From a bacterium (GTDB taxonomy: Bacteria > Patescibacteriota > Minisyncoccia > Phycocordibacterales > CAIZLB01), in NCBI GenBank assembly GCA_037127815.1, contig JBAXXP010000001.1:104174-168173 (forward strand): a stretch of DNA of 64,000 nucleotides, written 5' to 3'. The translations under genes were made by a program, and so were the position numbers. Position 1 is the first letter of the stretch, and the number at the start of each line of letters is the position of its first letter. The notes under the pieces were generated by a model. It searched no databases. It was not told where the DNA came from and saw only the letters and a program-made list of their open reading frames with translations. Positions 48,618-59,355 of the stretch are shown piece after piece.

Positions 48618-49445
48618 CTACTGAAATAAGTTATCCACAACTAATTTTACTGGGCAGTGATCTGAACCTGTAAAATCATCTTCTATTGTGCATGATTTTA
48701 TTTGATTCATAATTTTCTTCGATACAAAAAAATAATCTATTCTCCATCCAACGTTTCTTTCTCGAGCAAACGTTTTCATGTCCCACCAAGTATAAGCGTC
48801 TATTTTATGTGGGTGTAACTCCCTAAAAACATCTACATACCCAGCTTCAATGAATTTATCAATCCAAATTCTCTCTTCAGGTAAAAATCCTATACTTTTT
48901 TTGTTTTGTTTCGGTCTAGCTAAGTCTATTTCCTCATGAGCCACATTAACATCACCACAAAAAACAACACTTAAGCCTTTGTTTGTAAGCTTTTTACAGT
49001 ATTTCAAAAATTCTTTGTAAAAATCAAGTTTATACTGAAATCTCTCTGGGGCGCCCCCTCCATTTGGAAAATAGCAGTTAATTAGTGCCCACTTATCAAA
49101 AATCAAACATATCATTCTACCTTCCTGATCCATCTTTGGTATTCCAAACCCATACTCAATTTTATTTGGAGTTGTTAATATGTCCTTCATATATATTGCT
49201 ATTCCACTGTATCCTTTTTTGAGTTTAGAATGATCAAAATAACTAACGTAACCTTTAGGGTTTAGTATTTTTTCATCTAACTGATCTACGTGTACCTTGG
49301 TCTCTTGCATACACATAAAATCTGTGTTCTGTTGCATAATTAACTCAAAAGACCCCTTTCTGTGTATAGCTCTTAAACCATTTACGTTCCATGAAATTAT
49401 ACTTAATTGTTTTTTCATTTTATTAAAGACATTATTTTTAATCAT
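48618..49445 (-). CDS. xth: exodeoxyribonuclease III
   Basis: SWNVNG, QETK, GD.NVAH, GWRIDY, SDHCP. Confidence 0.97.
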   Translation of the reverse strand: MIKNNVFNKMKKQLSIISWNVNGLRAIHRKGSFELIMQQNTDFMCMQETKVHVDQLDEKILNPKGYVSYFDHSKLKKGYSGIAIYMKDILTTPNKIEYGFGIPKMDQEGRMICLIFDKWALINCYFPNGGGAPERFQYKLDFYKEFLKYCKKLTNKGLSVVFCGDVNVAHEEIDLARPKQNKKSIGFLPEERIWIDKFIEAGYVDVFRELHPHKIDAYTWWDMKTFARERNVGWRIDYFFVSKKIMNQIKSCTIEDDFTGSDHCPVKLVVDNLFQ

Positions 49446-50382
49446 TCTTCTCCTTACGTCCGTGAAAGTTTTTGTGTATGTCTTTTAGGTGTTTGTCTGT
49501 TACGTGTGTATATATTTGTGTCGTGACAATACTTGCATGCCCCAGAAGAGCTTGCACAGAGCGTAAATCGGCTCCATTTTGCAATAAATCTGTTGCAAAG
49601 CTGTGTCTTATAACGTGAGGTGTTACTTTTTTGGAAACCCCAGCACTTATTGAATGGTGTTTAACAAGTCTTTCAACAGACCTTGGTGTTATATCAAACA
49701 TCAATCCACTTGTAATATCAACTCGCTTCTTTAAATACTCCCTCAACGCCTGTTTTGCTGTCTCAGACATAAAAACCACTCTGACCTTGTCTCCCTTACC
49801 TCTAATTGAGAATTCGTCTTTATTCAAATCAAGATCCCTGGGCACGGAACATAATTCTGAGACACGAAGCCCTGTTGAAAACAGAAGCTCCATTATAGCC
49901 TTATCTCTTAGCCTCTTTTTTTCATCTTTCTCATTATCTGGAGATTTCAGTATTCTTTCGAGCTCTTCTATTGAAATATGGTCAATTTGCCTCTCCGGGA
50001 CCTTAGCAAGCTCTATATTATCAGGAGATAATATCTGTAGACCTCTTTTAGCCATATACTTTAAATAAGCCCTTAAGGCAATAAGGTAGTAGTTTTGAGT
50101 CCTTTTTTTAATAAAACTAGTGCCTGTTTTTGTTGCAAATGAACGCCTGTTTAGGAAAAGCCTGTATTCTCTTAGTTTTTCCTCAGTTATGTCTGATGGG
50201 CAATCTGATTTAAGAAATTCTAGAAAAAGATCGAGATATCGATTATAGTTATCGACTGTTTTTAAACTCCTACCTTTTTCAATCTCTGTATATTCTAAAA
50301 AGTGGCGTTTTAAAGTCCCCAAACTCGATTTTACATCGGTCTGGCCACCAAACTTATCATCAACAGAGTTATTGTGCGACAT
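49438..50382 (-). CDS. XerC/D-family tyrosine recombinase
   Basis: TGLRVSEL, GKGDK, HVIRHSFAT, LLGH, TQIYT. Confidence 0.95.
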   Translation of the reverse strand: MSHNNSVDDKFGGQTDVKSSLGTLKRHFLEYTEIEKGRSLKTVDNYNRYLDLFLEFLKSDCPSDITEEKLREYRLFLNRRSFATKTGTSFIKKRTQNYYLIALRAYLKYMAKRGLQILSPDNIELAKVPERQIDHISIEELERILKSPDNEKDEKKRLRDKAIMELLFSTGLRVSELCSVPRDLDLNKDEFSIRGKGDKVRVVFMSETAKQALREYLKKRVDITSGLMFDITPRSVERLVKHHSISAGVSKKVTPHVIRHSFATDLLQNGADLRSVQALLGHASIVTTQIYTHVTDKHLKDIHKNFHGRKEKND

Positions 50383-50506
50383 GCTTAAATTATATCACCT
50401 ATATTAGACTGTACAAACCTATTGTACCAACAAGACTACTGAGAATAGCCCTGAACACACAAAAACACTTGCCTGCAATGTTCTTTTGTGATATTATCTC
50501 AAAACC

Positions 50507-50785
50507 ATGTTAACCAAGACAAAGAAACAAAAAATTATAAAAGAAGTGCAGATTCACGCAACTGATACAGGAAGCGCTGAGGCACAGATTGGAATTTTAA
50601 GTAAAAGAATTGAAGAATTAACAAAACACCTTAAGATTCATGCTAAAGATAACCACTCAAGAAGAGGGCTTCTTCAAATGGTTGCAGACAGACAAACACT
50701 TCTAAAGTATTTGCAAAAAAAGAACTCTGCTAGATACGATGTTGTAATCAAGAAACTTGATTTAAAGAAAAAGTCAGCCAACTAA
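50507..50785 (+). CDS. rpsO: 30S ribosomal protein S15
   Basis: DTGS.E.QI, KD.HSRRGL. Confidence 0.98.
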   Translation: MLTKTKKQKIIKEVQIHATDTGSAEAQIGILSKRIEELTKHLKIHAKDNHSRRGLLQMVADRQTLLKYLQKKNSARYDVVIKKLDLKKKSAN

Positions 50786-50994
50786 GCATCTAGTCTAGAC
50801 AATATATAAAAACGCTTTCGTCTTTATATATTTTACAAACTCCGTCAGATTCTATATTTTTTAAATAAGCTACCCAGTCAACATTAGGACAATTTTTAAA
50901 TAATTTTTATAAATAGTTTCATTTGGGCTCATGGTATTTTAATAAAACACACTTAGACCATATTAAATGGTTCATTTTAAGCATAATTTAAGAC

Positions 50995-51702
50995 ATGACA
51001 GTAATTAAACACAAACAACAACGTGTTGGAGTTTTTATTGATACACAAAATCTTTATCACAGCGCAAAGAATCTTTATCATGCGCGAGTAAACTTTGGGG
51101 CAATAATGAAGGAAGCTGTAGCGGGTAGATCATTAATAAGAGCGATAGCCTACGTTATAACAACAGAAAGTGGTGATGAAACCAATTTTTTTGATGCACT
51201 TGGTAAGCTAGGGATAGAAACGAAAACTAAAAATCTTCAAATTTTTAGTGGGGGAGCAAAAAAGGGGGATTGGGATGTAGGTTTGGCGGTGGATGCAATT
51301 AAACTAGCACCAAAATTAGATACAGTTATTATTGCTTCTGGCGATGGAGATTTTTGTCCCTTAGTTGAATATCTACAAACAAACGAGGGTTGCCAAGTAG
51401 AAGTTATTTCTTTTGGAAAATCTTCTTCTCAAAAACTAAAGGAAGTAGCTGATGACTTTATCGACATGTGTGACAGTCCTTCAAAATACGTTATGATGCA
51501 GAACTCACAACAAAACACCGGAGAGAGGGGTAATAGGCAAGAGAGACCTAATAAAGAGATTCAAACGAGACCAAAGAATAATCCTGCACCAAAAAAACAA
51601 TCAAAAAACTCTAACGAAAACAAACCTATTACCACAAACACAAGAAAGGATTTTGATTTTTTTGACCCTGAAGAAAGACCAGATTCAAAATTTGATATAT
51701 AA
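50995..51702 (+). CDS. NYN (LabA/DUF88) domain protein
   Basis: FIDTQN, KGDWDV, SGDGDF, ADDF. Confidence 0.92.
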   Translation: MTVIKHKQQRVGVFIDTQNLYHSAKNLYHARVNFGAIMKEAVAGRSLIRAIAYVITTESGDETNFFDALGKLGIETKTKNLQIFSGGAKKGDWDVGLAVDAIKLAPKLDTVIIASGDGDFCPLVEYLQTNEGCQVEVISFGKSSSQKLKEVADDFIDMCDSPSKYVMMQNSQQNTGERGNRQERPNKEIQTRPKNNPAPKKQSKNSNENKPITTNTRKDFDFFDPEERPDSKFDI

Positions 51703-51710
51703 TAATATTA

Positions 51711-52835
51711 ATGGATCCAATAGAACAAAAACCAGCACGATTATATCCAAATGCAGATAGGGGATCTGCAGGGATTAACGTCATGCCAACTAGACTTAGT
51801 ACCAACGCTGACGATCCTTCAAAAAAAGAAGGCGACACAAAACCGCTAGTCCACATACAAGATGTATTATCTCAGAAAAAAAACGATACACCTTATAAAA
51901 CTAGTTCCGTTCACACATTCAAAGATGATATGGCGGCAGAATCATCGAAGGGAAATTTTTCTATTGGTAAAATTGTTATGGCCAACAGCAAAAAGGCGCA
52001 TGAAGAGGAAAACAATAATAGAAACGCACAAGATACAAACAACCATATCGGGATTAAGTTAGGTGTAATATTTTTATGCATAATAATAATTGGAGCGCTT
52101 GCATACCTGGGTTTAAACTTAGCAAAAACTCCACAAGAGGTAAGCAACCAGGCAAACCCCACAGAACAGGTTGTGAATGGTATTCTGTACTCCGAACAAA
52201 ACGTAACCTTACCGGTTAACAATAAGACAAAAGCCAACATATACAAAGATATTTCCAAAGAAATATCTTCAGTGAAAATCCCAACAGGCAAGATGAAGTC
52301 TCTTATCTTTACATATCAAGAGGGGGCAAGTACCACACAAATATCTGCCTCTGATTTTTTAAACCTGATTGCACCTAGCGCACCCGACATACTTGTTAGA
52401 AATATTAGGAAAGAATATGTCTTCGGATATTATTCTTACGACACAAGTGAGCCTTTTATTATCCTAAAATCATCAAATTACGACTCTGTATTTGCTGGAA
52501 TGTTAGATTGGGAAAAAAGCATGTATGCAGACTTGGGAGAACTACTAGTAAATAAAGATTCTATATCTGTAGCACCAACAAACATCACATCAGCATCAAC
52601 TACCTCAACAACACCAACACCATCAACAACAGATACCGTTATAAAAACAGAATATGATACAGGTTTTGTTGATAAAATAATTTCTAATAATGACACAAGG
52701 GTTTTGTATAGACAAAATGGTAATATTGCGTTCTTTTATACCTTTTTCAATAAAGATACTGTCATTATCGCAACAAGCGAACAATCACTTCGTGAGATTA
52801 TTTACAGACTTACATCAGGTAAAATAACAAGGTAA
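51711..52835 (+). CDS. hypothetical single-pass membrane protein
   Basis: 374 aa, one TM segment, FAGML.WE motif. Confidence 0.8.
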   Translation: MDPIEQKPARLYPNADRGSAGINVMPTRLSTNADDPSKKEGDTKPLVHIQDVLSQKKNDTPYKTSSVHTFKDDMAAESSKGNFSIGKIVMANSKKAHEEENNNRNAQDTNNHIGIKLGVIFLCIIIIGALAYLGLNLAKTPQEVSNQANPTEQVVNGILYSEQNVTLPVNNKTKANIYKDISKEISSVKIPTGKMKSLIFTYQEGASTTQISASDFLNLIAPSAPDILVRNIRKEYVFGYYSYDTSEPFIILKSSNYDSVFAGMLDWEKSMYADLGELLVNKDSISVAPTNITSASTTSTTPTPSTTDTVIKTEYDTGFVDKIISNNDTRVLYRQNGNIAFFYTFFNKDTVIIATSEQSLREIIYRLTSGKITR

Positions 52836-52947
52836 TCGTCTTTGGTCATTTGGGTGGCAACGACAGTATTATTTCTTTATAAAAACTTCTGTTTTATTTT
52901 ATAATTACTTTATAGAAACTTTATACCTTATTTGATACAATATACAA

Positions 52948-53301
52948 ATGAACTTAGATATACAAAAATACAAAAACAAATTAGAAAATGAATTAACTAG
53001 ACTGGAAAAAGAAATACAAGAAATATCCCAAAAAGAAAATGGAACAACATGGGAAGCTATTCAAACAGAAACAGGTGAGGATACTGCAGACAGGGAAGAC
53101 GTTGCAGAATCTATTGAGAATTACGCATCAAATGTCTCCATCACTTCTGATTTAGAAAAGAATATTATTGATATAAAAGAAGCATTGTTTAAGATACAAT
53201 CAAACACATATGGTCTGTGTGAAGTGTGCCAGACTGAAATAGAAGAAGATAGATTAGATGTTCTTCCTGAGGCTAGGACTTGCAAGGAACACATGAAATA
53301 G
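52948..53301 (+). CDS. DksA/TraR family protein
   Basis: coiled coil with acidic tip, YGLCEVC...RL..LPEARTCKEH. Confidence 0.88.
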   Translation: MNLDIQKYKNKLENELTRLEKEIQEISQKENGTTWEAIQTETGEDTADREDVAESIENYASNVSITSDLEKNIIDIKEALFKIQSNTYGLCEVCQTEIEEDRLDVLPEARTCKEHMK

Positions 53302-53387
53302 TTTTGTTTTCTTGATATTTTTATAACAGTATTTGTCTTTTTATATCCTTGGATTTCTGGTATTTTTTAACCTGTCTCATATAAAAA

Positions 53388-54971
53388 TTGTATATATCTT
53401 GCAAAGGAATAACCCAAGAGGGAATCTTGTGCCAACTTGTTGATGTTGAATTAGACATCTCAAGAGGTCTTTTTTCTTTTTTAATTGTAGGTTTAGCTGA
53501 TAAGTGTATTGGAGAATCCAGGGAAAGAATAATTTCTGCTATTAAAAACAGCGGTTTTTCCTCTCCAAAAACAAAAAATCATAAAATAACAGTCTCACTT
53601 GTTCCTGCCGGTATTAAAAAAGAAGGTGTATTATTAGACCTTCCTATTTCCCTTGCTTATCTTGCTGCCTCTGGAGCTGTAAACAAAAAAGCTTTAGAAA
53701 ACTCAATTTTTATTGGAGAACTTGGCTTAGATGGATCTATCAAGCAAAATAATTCTCTAGCCTCCATCATTAGTTCACTTCACAAGGAACAAACCGGTAG
53801 AGTAAATCCAGTTATTTTATATAGCAATTTTGAAGATAAACAGACCAACCTAATTAAACAATTAAGCATTGAGGGAATAATAATTCATAAATTTACCTAT
53901 TTAATGGACTTAATAGTATTTCTAAATACTGGGGTACAGAACAAAGAAAATGATAGTAAGGGGGTGTTGATGGAAAAAAACCTCATTACAAATATAAGCA
54001 ACGGTGCTAGTAATGCAAATGCAAGCAACAGCACTTGTACTGACATAATTTATGAGATTGATTCTGTTGTTGGACAGGAAAAGGCAAAAAGGGCTATTTT
54101 AATATCAATGTGTGCCGGATATAACATAATAATGGCGGGGCCGCCTGGTGTTGGTAAAACAATGCTAGCAAGAAGTATGCACCAACTTCTTCCCACCCTA
54201 AAACCGGATGAATATATAGAAGTACTTTCCACACACAACAAACTAGAGAGACCCTTTAGATCCCCTCATCATACAAGTAGTTATTCCTCAATCATCGGAG
54301 GAGGGAGTCCTATAAACGCAGGTGAAATTACAAAGGCTCACAAAGGAATTTTATTTCTTGATGAACTACCTGAATTCAACAAAAATATTATTGAATCCCT
54401 GAGACAACCCCTTGAACAGGGGATAATACAAATCAACAGAACAGGTAATACTGTCACATTACCTTGTAAAATTATGTGTGTTTGCGCAATGAACCTGTGT
54501 CCCTGTGGTAACAGAGGTATACCAAAAAAAGACTGCATTTGCAATGGAAACAAAATTAGTATCTATCAACAAAAAGTATCACAACCTTTTTTGGAGCGCT
54601 TTCATGTATCTATAAATTTACCTCACGAGGTTAATCACCATAAAAAAACACTAAAGGCGCCAAATGGCCTTATGGGTTATCAAATGACAAAAACCATAAA
54701 TCATTTTAACAAAATGAGCGTCGCTTTTTTATGGAACGATACTGAATCAGAACTACTTGATGAGAATTCAGAGCGAAGAAGTTTTTCCATGAGAGCTATA
54801 AAACAAATCAAGGATATAACAGAAACCATTTGTCTAATAGACTATATTGAGTCAAACTTGCTTAGTATGCAGTTGCAAACCAGGAATACAGAACTTGATT
54901 CAAAACAAAAACTTATTATCCAAAAGAAACATCTAATTGAAGCCTTCTCCTACAAAAACAACCTCTGGTAA
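53388..54971 (+). CDS. comM: ComM/YifB Mg-chelatase-like AAA+ ATPase
   Basis: GELGLDG, GPPGVGKT, PFRSPHHT, LFLDELPEF, LRQPLE. Confidence 0.88.
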   Translation: MYISCKGITQEGILCQLVDVELDISRGLFSFLIVGLADKCIGESRERIISAIKNSGFSSPKTKNHKITVSLVPAGIKKEGVLLDLPISLAYLAASGAVNKKALENSIFIGELGLDGSIKQNNSLASIISSLHKEQTGRVNPVILYSNFEDKQTNLIKQLSIEGIIIHKFTYLMDLIVFLNTGVQNKENDSKGVLMEKNLITNISNGASNANASNSTCTDIIYEIDSVVGQEKAKRAILISMCAGYNIIMAGPPGVGKTMLARSMHQLLPTLKPDEYIEVLSTHNKLERPFRSPHHTSSYSSIIGGGSPINAGEITKAHKGILFLDELPEFNKNIIESLRQPLEQGIIQINRTGNTVTLPCKIMCVCAMNLCPCGNRGIPKKDCICNGNKISIYQQKVSQPFLERFHVSINLPHEVNHHKKTLKAPNGLMGYQMTKTINHFNKMSVAFLWNDTESELLDENSERRSFSMRAIKQIKDITETICLIDYIESNLLSMQLQTRNTELDSKQKLIIQKKHLIEAFSYKNNLW

Positions 54972-54983
54972 GCCAGAGGTTGT
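54958..54983. terminator. hairpin between convergent genes
   Basis: ACAACCTCTGG-TAAG-CCAGAGGTTGT. Confidence 0.6.
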
Positions 54984-55036
54984 AAAACAAGAACTTCATC
55001 ACTCTAAATTATAAAGAAGGGTTAGCTTGGTGAATA

Positions 55037-56062
55037 TTAGAATGGATTTCTCCCTCCACGAACCTCAAAGTGCAAGTGAACTCCTGTTGATTGACCTGTG
55101 TTTCCCATTCTTCCTATTTGCTGACCTTTGTTAACATGTGATCCTGCGCTTACTGATGTTGAACTTAAGTGACCATACAAAGTTTGTGTTCCATTGGCGT
55201 GCTTGATAACCACATAATCCCCATAACCTCCATTCCAACCACTATTTTTACTAATGATGACAGTTCCTTCAGCAGCCGCTAATATTGGAACGAAAGCCCC
55301 ACCAAATGAGGCTAGGTCTACACCATTGTGTCCATGAAGACCTTGGGTTCTAACACCACCGTTGACTGGTCTTTTAAAATACCCAGCTAAATTTGAAGAT
55401 GGTTTTGGTGAGGGTTTAACTTTGGTTGGAACCACTTCAATTTCAGCGTTTGGAATTATAATCTCTTGGCCAACAATAAGACCTGCAGACTGGTCTATGT
55501 TGTTGTAACTTATGATTTCAGCAACATCTGACTTAAATTTCTTAGCAAGATCTTCTACATGATCACCTTTCTTTACTGTATATTTAATACCGGTGATTGG
55601 TAAAATAACAATTACCTGATCTGGTTTAAGTTCAGTTCCTGATTTTAGATCATTTGCCCAATAGATAGTATTTGATGTAACGCCAAACATTTTGGCAACC
55701 AGCGCGATAGTATCTCCTTTTCTAACTGTGTAAAGACTAATTTGATCAGAGTTGTTTCCTTCATCAACAAGAGACCCATCTAGGGCGCTGTTTTCATTTG
55801 TGACAGCATAGCCATCAACAATAGACTTATCTTGAGCCGCATTAGCACCAGCCACCTCAGCACTGTTCGCCGCCTCCAACAGATTTATGTTGTTTATATT
55901 TAATTCAGGGTATGCCAAAGCCTCTTCTGTGACAGCCACAGCGTTTGAAGAAAGAACCTTGTTTTGTGAATTACCTAAAATACCAGACTTTACCCAATCC
56001 AAAACACCAAAAACATCCGCTTTAGCATAAAACGGATATATCATTACGGTCAAAACAAGCAA
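55037..56062 (-). CDS. LysM-LysM-M23 peptidoglycan endopeptidase
   Basis: two YTV..GD LysM domains, HNGVD, YGHL, HLHFEV; true start may be upstream. Confidence 0.93.
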   Translation of the reverse strand: MLVLTVMIYPFYAKADVFGVLDWVKSGILGNSQNKVLSSNAVAVTEEALAYPELNINNINLLEAANSAEVAGANAAQDKSIVDGYAVTNENSALDGSLVDEGNNSDQISLYTVRKGDTIALVAKMFGVTSNTIYWANDLKSGTELKPDQVIVILPITGIKYTVKKGDHVEDLAKKFKSDVAEIISYNNIDQSAGLIVGQEIIIPNAEIEVVPTKVKPSPKPSSNLAGYFKRPVNGGVRTQGLHGHNGVDLASFGGAFVPILAAAEGTVIISKNSGWNGGYGDYVVIKHANGTQTLYGHLSSTSVSAGSHVNKGQQIGRMGNTGQSTGVHLHFEVRGGRNPF

Positions 56063-56416
56063 AATTATTGATGTTTTTGTGACCTTTTCTATCGCTCGTC
56101 CTTTTTTATGACGCAGAATTTCTGTAGGTCTGTTTTTAGGATCGAGGTCTTGAGGGGTTATTAAAATAACTTTAGATTAATTGATAGAATTTCTCTGGGT
56201 ATAATAGGGCTTAAAATAAAGCATTATTAGTTAGAACAAACTGTGTACCTATATATGTTAGAGATATTTTGAATCAAAGTCAACGGTTTTATTAAGACCA
56301 ACACAATAGTAAAAATAGGTCAAACGAGATAAAAAAAGGGTACTAGCCAGCTTTGTGATATAGTATTTATACTAAAAATAAAAGTAAATAATCGTAAAAA
56401 TAAATTCAAATTAAAA

Positions 56417-58393
56417 ATGCATCCACAAACACAATCACAAGCATTAACCGGTCTAAATGAAATGCAAAAAGAGGCAGTCACAACACTACATGGACCTCTA
56501 CTTATATTGGCTGGGGCTGGGGCTGGCAAAACAAAAACCGTTACACACAGAATTCTAAACTTAATAGAAAACGGTGTTTCCCCTGAATCAATTCTCGCTA
56601 TTACCTTTACAAATAAAGCCGCTAAGGAAATGCGTGAGCGTGTGGAACATTTAATTGGAAGCAGCAGAGAGATGAATCTACCTATTCATAACTTCTCAAA
56701 GCCTTTCGTATCAACATTTCACTCCCTTTGTCTAAATATATTAAAAGAGTCAGGTGACGCAATTGGCATTCCTCGTAATTTTACAATTTACGACAAAAGT
56801 GATTCCAAACAAGCCATAAGAGAGGCCGTAAACTCACTTGGTTATGACATTAAAATGGTTGAACCTAATAAAATAATGTCTATAATTTCAAGAGAAAAGA
56901 GCAATTTTTCATCTATTGGGGCGTATGAAGCGGTAAATGGAGAAGATCATTTTGGGGCGATAGTAACAGCGGTCTGGAAAAAATATGCTGAGGCACTTTT
57001 TAAAGAAAAAGCTCTTGATTTTGACGATTTATTATATAAAGCGGCTGTTCTCCTTAAAACAAAGCCTGAAATTAGGGCTATGTATCAGAATCGATTCAAA
57101 TTTATTCATATTGACGAATATCAGGATACAAATGGTATTCAATATGAGCTTGCTCGTCTTTTGGTAGGACCTGAACATAATATTGCCGTAGTCGGGGATA
57201 TTGATCAGGCTATTTATAGCTGGAGAGGGGCCAATATAAAGAACATTATGAAATTTGAGACTGATTATCCAGAAGCTAAGGTTATTTTACTTGAAGAAAA
57301 CTATAGATCCACAAAAACGATACTCTCTGCAGCAAATGAAATAATTAAGAAAAACATATTTAGAAAAGACAAGAATCTGTTCACAAACAATGAGGATGGG
57401 GAATTAATAACCCTATATAACGCTTATGATGAGAACGATGAAGCAAATCATGTAGCCAATACATCTAGAGATTTAATAGCTGAAGGCAAAAAAGCGGAAA
57501 AAATAGCCGTTTTATACAGAACAAACTCACAGTCGCGTGCTCTTGAAGAGGCTTTTCTTAGAAAAGGCATAGATTACCAACTCCTAGGAACAAGATTCTT
57601 TGAAAGAAGGGAGGTTAAAGATGTTATTTCCTACGCACGAGCAGCACTTAATCCAGAAAGTCTTGCTGATATAAAGAGAATAATAAACACCCCAGTAAGA
57701 GGAATCGGAAAGGTGACGCTCATTAAGATAATGGCTGATCAAACAGCGGGACTTCCTTCTGCAACAAAACTTAAGGTTGATAACTTTTACGCATTACTAT
57801 CCAGTATTAAGAACCAAATTGAAACACAAAGACCATCGGTTGCAATAAAATTTATTATTGAAAAAACAGGAATAGAGGCAGCACTCAAAGCAGAGAATGA
57901 TAAAGAAGAAGACCGAGTTGGAAACATTAGAGAATTAGTAACACTTGCTACAAGATACGATGACATGCCAGGAAAAGAGGGAATTGAAAAACTTATCGAA
58001 GATGCCGTGCTCGCTAGTGATCAAGATTCTTTAAATGAAAAGACTGCAAAAAATAACGGAACAGGTGTGAAACTTATGACCGTTCACGCTTCCAAAGGTC
58101 TAGAGTTTGATTATGTTTTTATAACCGGACTGGAGCAAGATTTATTTCCAAGTGGTAGATCATCAGAAGGAAAATCCGGAGAAGATCAAGAGGAAGAAAG
58201 GAGATTATTTTATGTTGCCTTAACCCGTGCTCGCACAAAACTTTATTTATCTTACGCTAACATGAGAACAATCTTTGGAAGCAAACAAATCAATTTACCA
58301 TCTGAGTTTATAAAGGACATTAGTGATACACTTATCGAGAGACATGATCAGGAAATATCTGGGGGAATAAAATCTATTTTTATAGATTTCTAG
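56417..58393 (+). CDS. pcrA: UvrD/PcrA helicase
   Basis: AGAGAGKT, DEYQD, NYRS, HASKGLEF, YVALTRA. Confidence 0.96.
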   Translation: MHPQTQSQALTGLNEMQKEAVTTLHGPLLILAGAGAGKTKTVTHRILNLIENGVSPESILAITFTNKAAKEMRERVEHLIGSSREMNLPIHNFSKPFVSTFHSLCLNILKESGDAIGIPRNFTIYDKSDSKQAIREAVNSLGYDIKMVEPNKIMSIISREKSNFSSIGAYEAVNGEDHFGAIVTAVWKKYAEALFKEKALDFDDLLYKAAVLLKTKPEIRAMYQNRFKFIHIDEYQDTNGIQYELARLLVGPEHNIAVVGDIDQAIYSWRGANIKNIMKFETDYPEAKVILLEENYRSTKTILSAANEIIKKNIFRKDKNLFTNNEDGELITLYNAYDENDEANHVANTSRDLIAEGKKAEKIAVLYRTNSQSRALEEAFLRKGIDYQLLGTRFFERREVKDVISYARAALNPESLADIKRIINTPVRGIGKVTLIKIMADQTAGLPSATKLKVDNFYALLSSIKNQIETQRPSVAIKFIIEKTGIEAALKAENDKEEDRVGNIRELVTLATRYDDMPGKEGIEKLIEDAVLASDQDSLNEKTAKNNGTGVKLMTVHASKGLEFDYVFITGLEQDLFPSGRSSEGKSGEDQEEERRLFYVALTRARTKLYLSYANMRTIFGSKQINLPSEFIKDISDTLIERHDQEISGGIKSIFIDF

Positions 58394-58446
58394 ATCTTAA
58401 ATATTGTAAATCAATTAAGAGTTTCAAGCAGAAAAATATATTTCAA

Positions 58447-59355
58447 ATGAAAAATCCAAATTTAAAAAACAACAGAAGAAGACTCACAAAACAAACAGAA
58501 CAAGAAGGTTTCATTTCTTCAGGTGAGCCAGTGGGGGAAACAATGAAGGATTCTGTGTTTGCAAAAAAATCTCTTGGTCAAAATTTTTTAAAGTCCCAAA
58601 AGGCACTCAATCAAATTATTGAGGGTGCTGGTGACCTAAGGGATAAGACAGTCCTTGAAATTGGCCCTGGAATGGGTTCATTAACCGAAAGACTAATCAA
58701 AACCCCCGCAAGCAAAATAATTCTAATTGAGATGGATGATAGGCTAATTCCAATACTTACTGAGAAATTTGCTGATGAAATTAAAAACAAAAGAATGGAA
58801 ATTGTTCATGATGATATTTTAAAAGTAAATTTAAATTCAATTGGTCTTACAAAAGGTAATTACAGTTTGATTGCAAATATTCCATATTACATAACAGGTG
58901 CAATTATAAGAAATATTATTGGTGGTGATATTTATCCAGAAAGAGCTGTGGTTTTAGTACAAAAAGAAGTTGCAGAAAGAATAATTTCTCGTGATAAAAA
59001 AGGAAGCCTATTGTCTATCGCCGTGAAAGCAATTGGCGATCCAAAAATAATTGGCAAGGTTCCAAAAGGTGCCTTTGTTCCATCGCCAAAAGTTGATTCC
59101 GCAATACTATTAATTGATAATATTTCAAAAAAAACATTTGACGAAAGTTCTAAAAAAGAAAAAAGGTTTTTTGATATCCTACACGCTGGTTTTGCACACA
59201 AAAGAAAATTATTGAAGAGCAATTTAAAAGAACATAATATTTTTATTGATGCTGAAAAAGCATTAGAGGTGTGTAATATAAAAAGTGACGCAAGATCTGA
59301 AACATTAACATTAGAACAGTGGAAAAAATTATCATCTCTTGATATACTTTACTAG
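58447..59355 (+). CDS. rsmA: 16S rRNA dimethyladenosine transferase
   Basis: KKSLGQNFL, EIGPG.G, NIPY.IT, P.PKVDS. Confidence 0.97.
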   Translation: MKNPNLKNNRRRLTKQTEQEGFISSGEPVGETMKDSVFAKKSLGQNFLKSQKALNQIIEGAGDLRDKTVLEIGPGMGSLTERLIKTPASKIILIEMDDRLIPILTEKFADEIKNKRMEIVHDDILKVNLNSIGLTKGNYSLIANIPYYITGAIIRNIIGGDIYPERAVVLVQKEVAERIISRDKKGSLLSIAVKAIGDPKIIGKVPKGAFVPSPKVDSAILLIDNISKKTFDESSKKEKRFFDILHAGFAHKRKLLKSNLKEHNIFIDAEKALEVCNIKSDARSETLTLEQWKKLSSLDILY

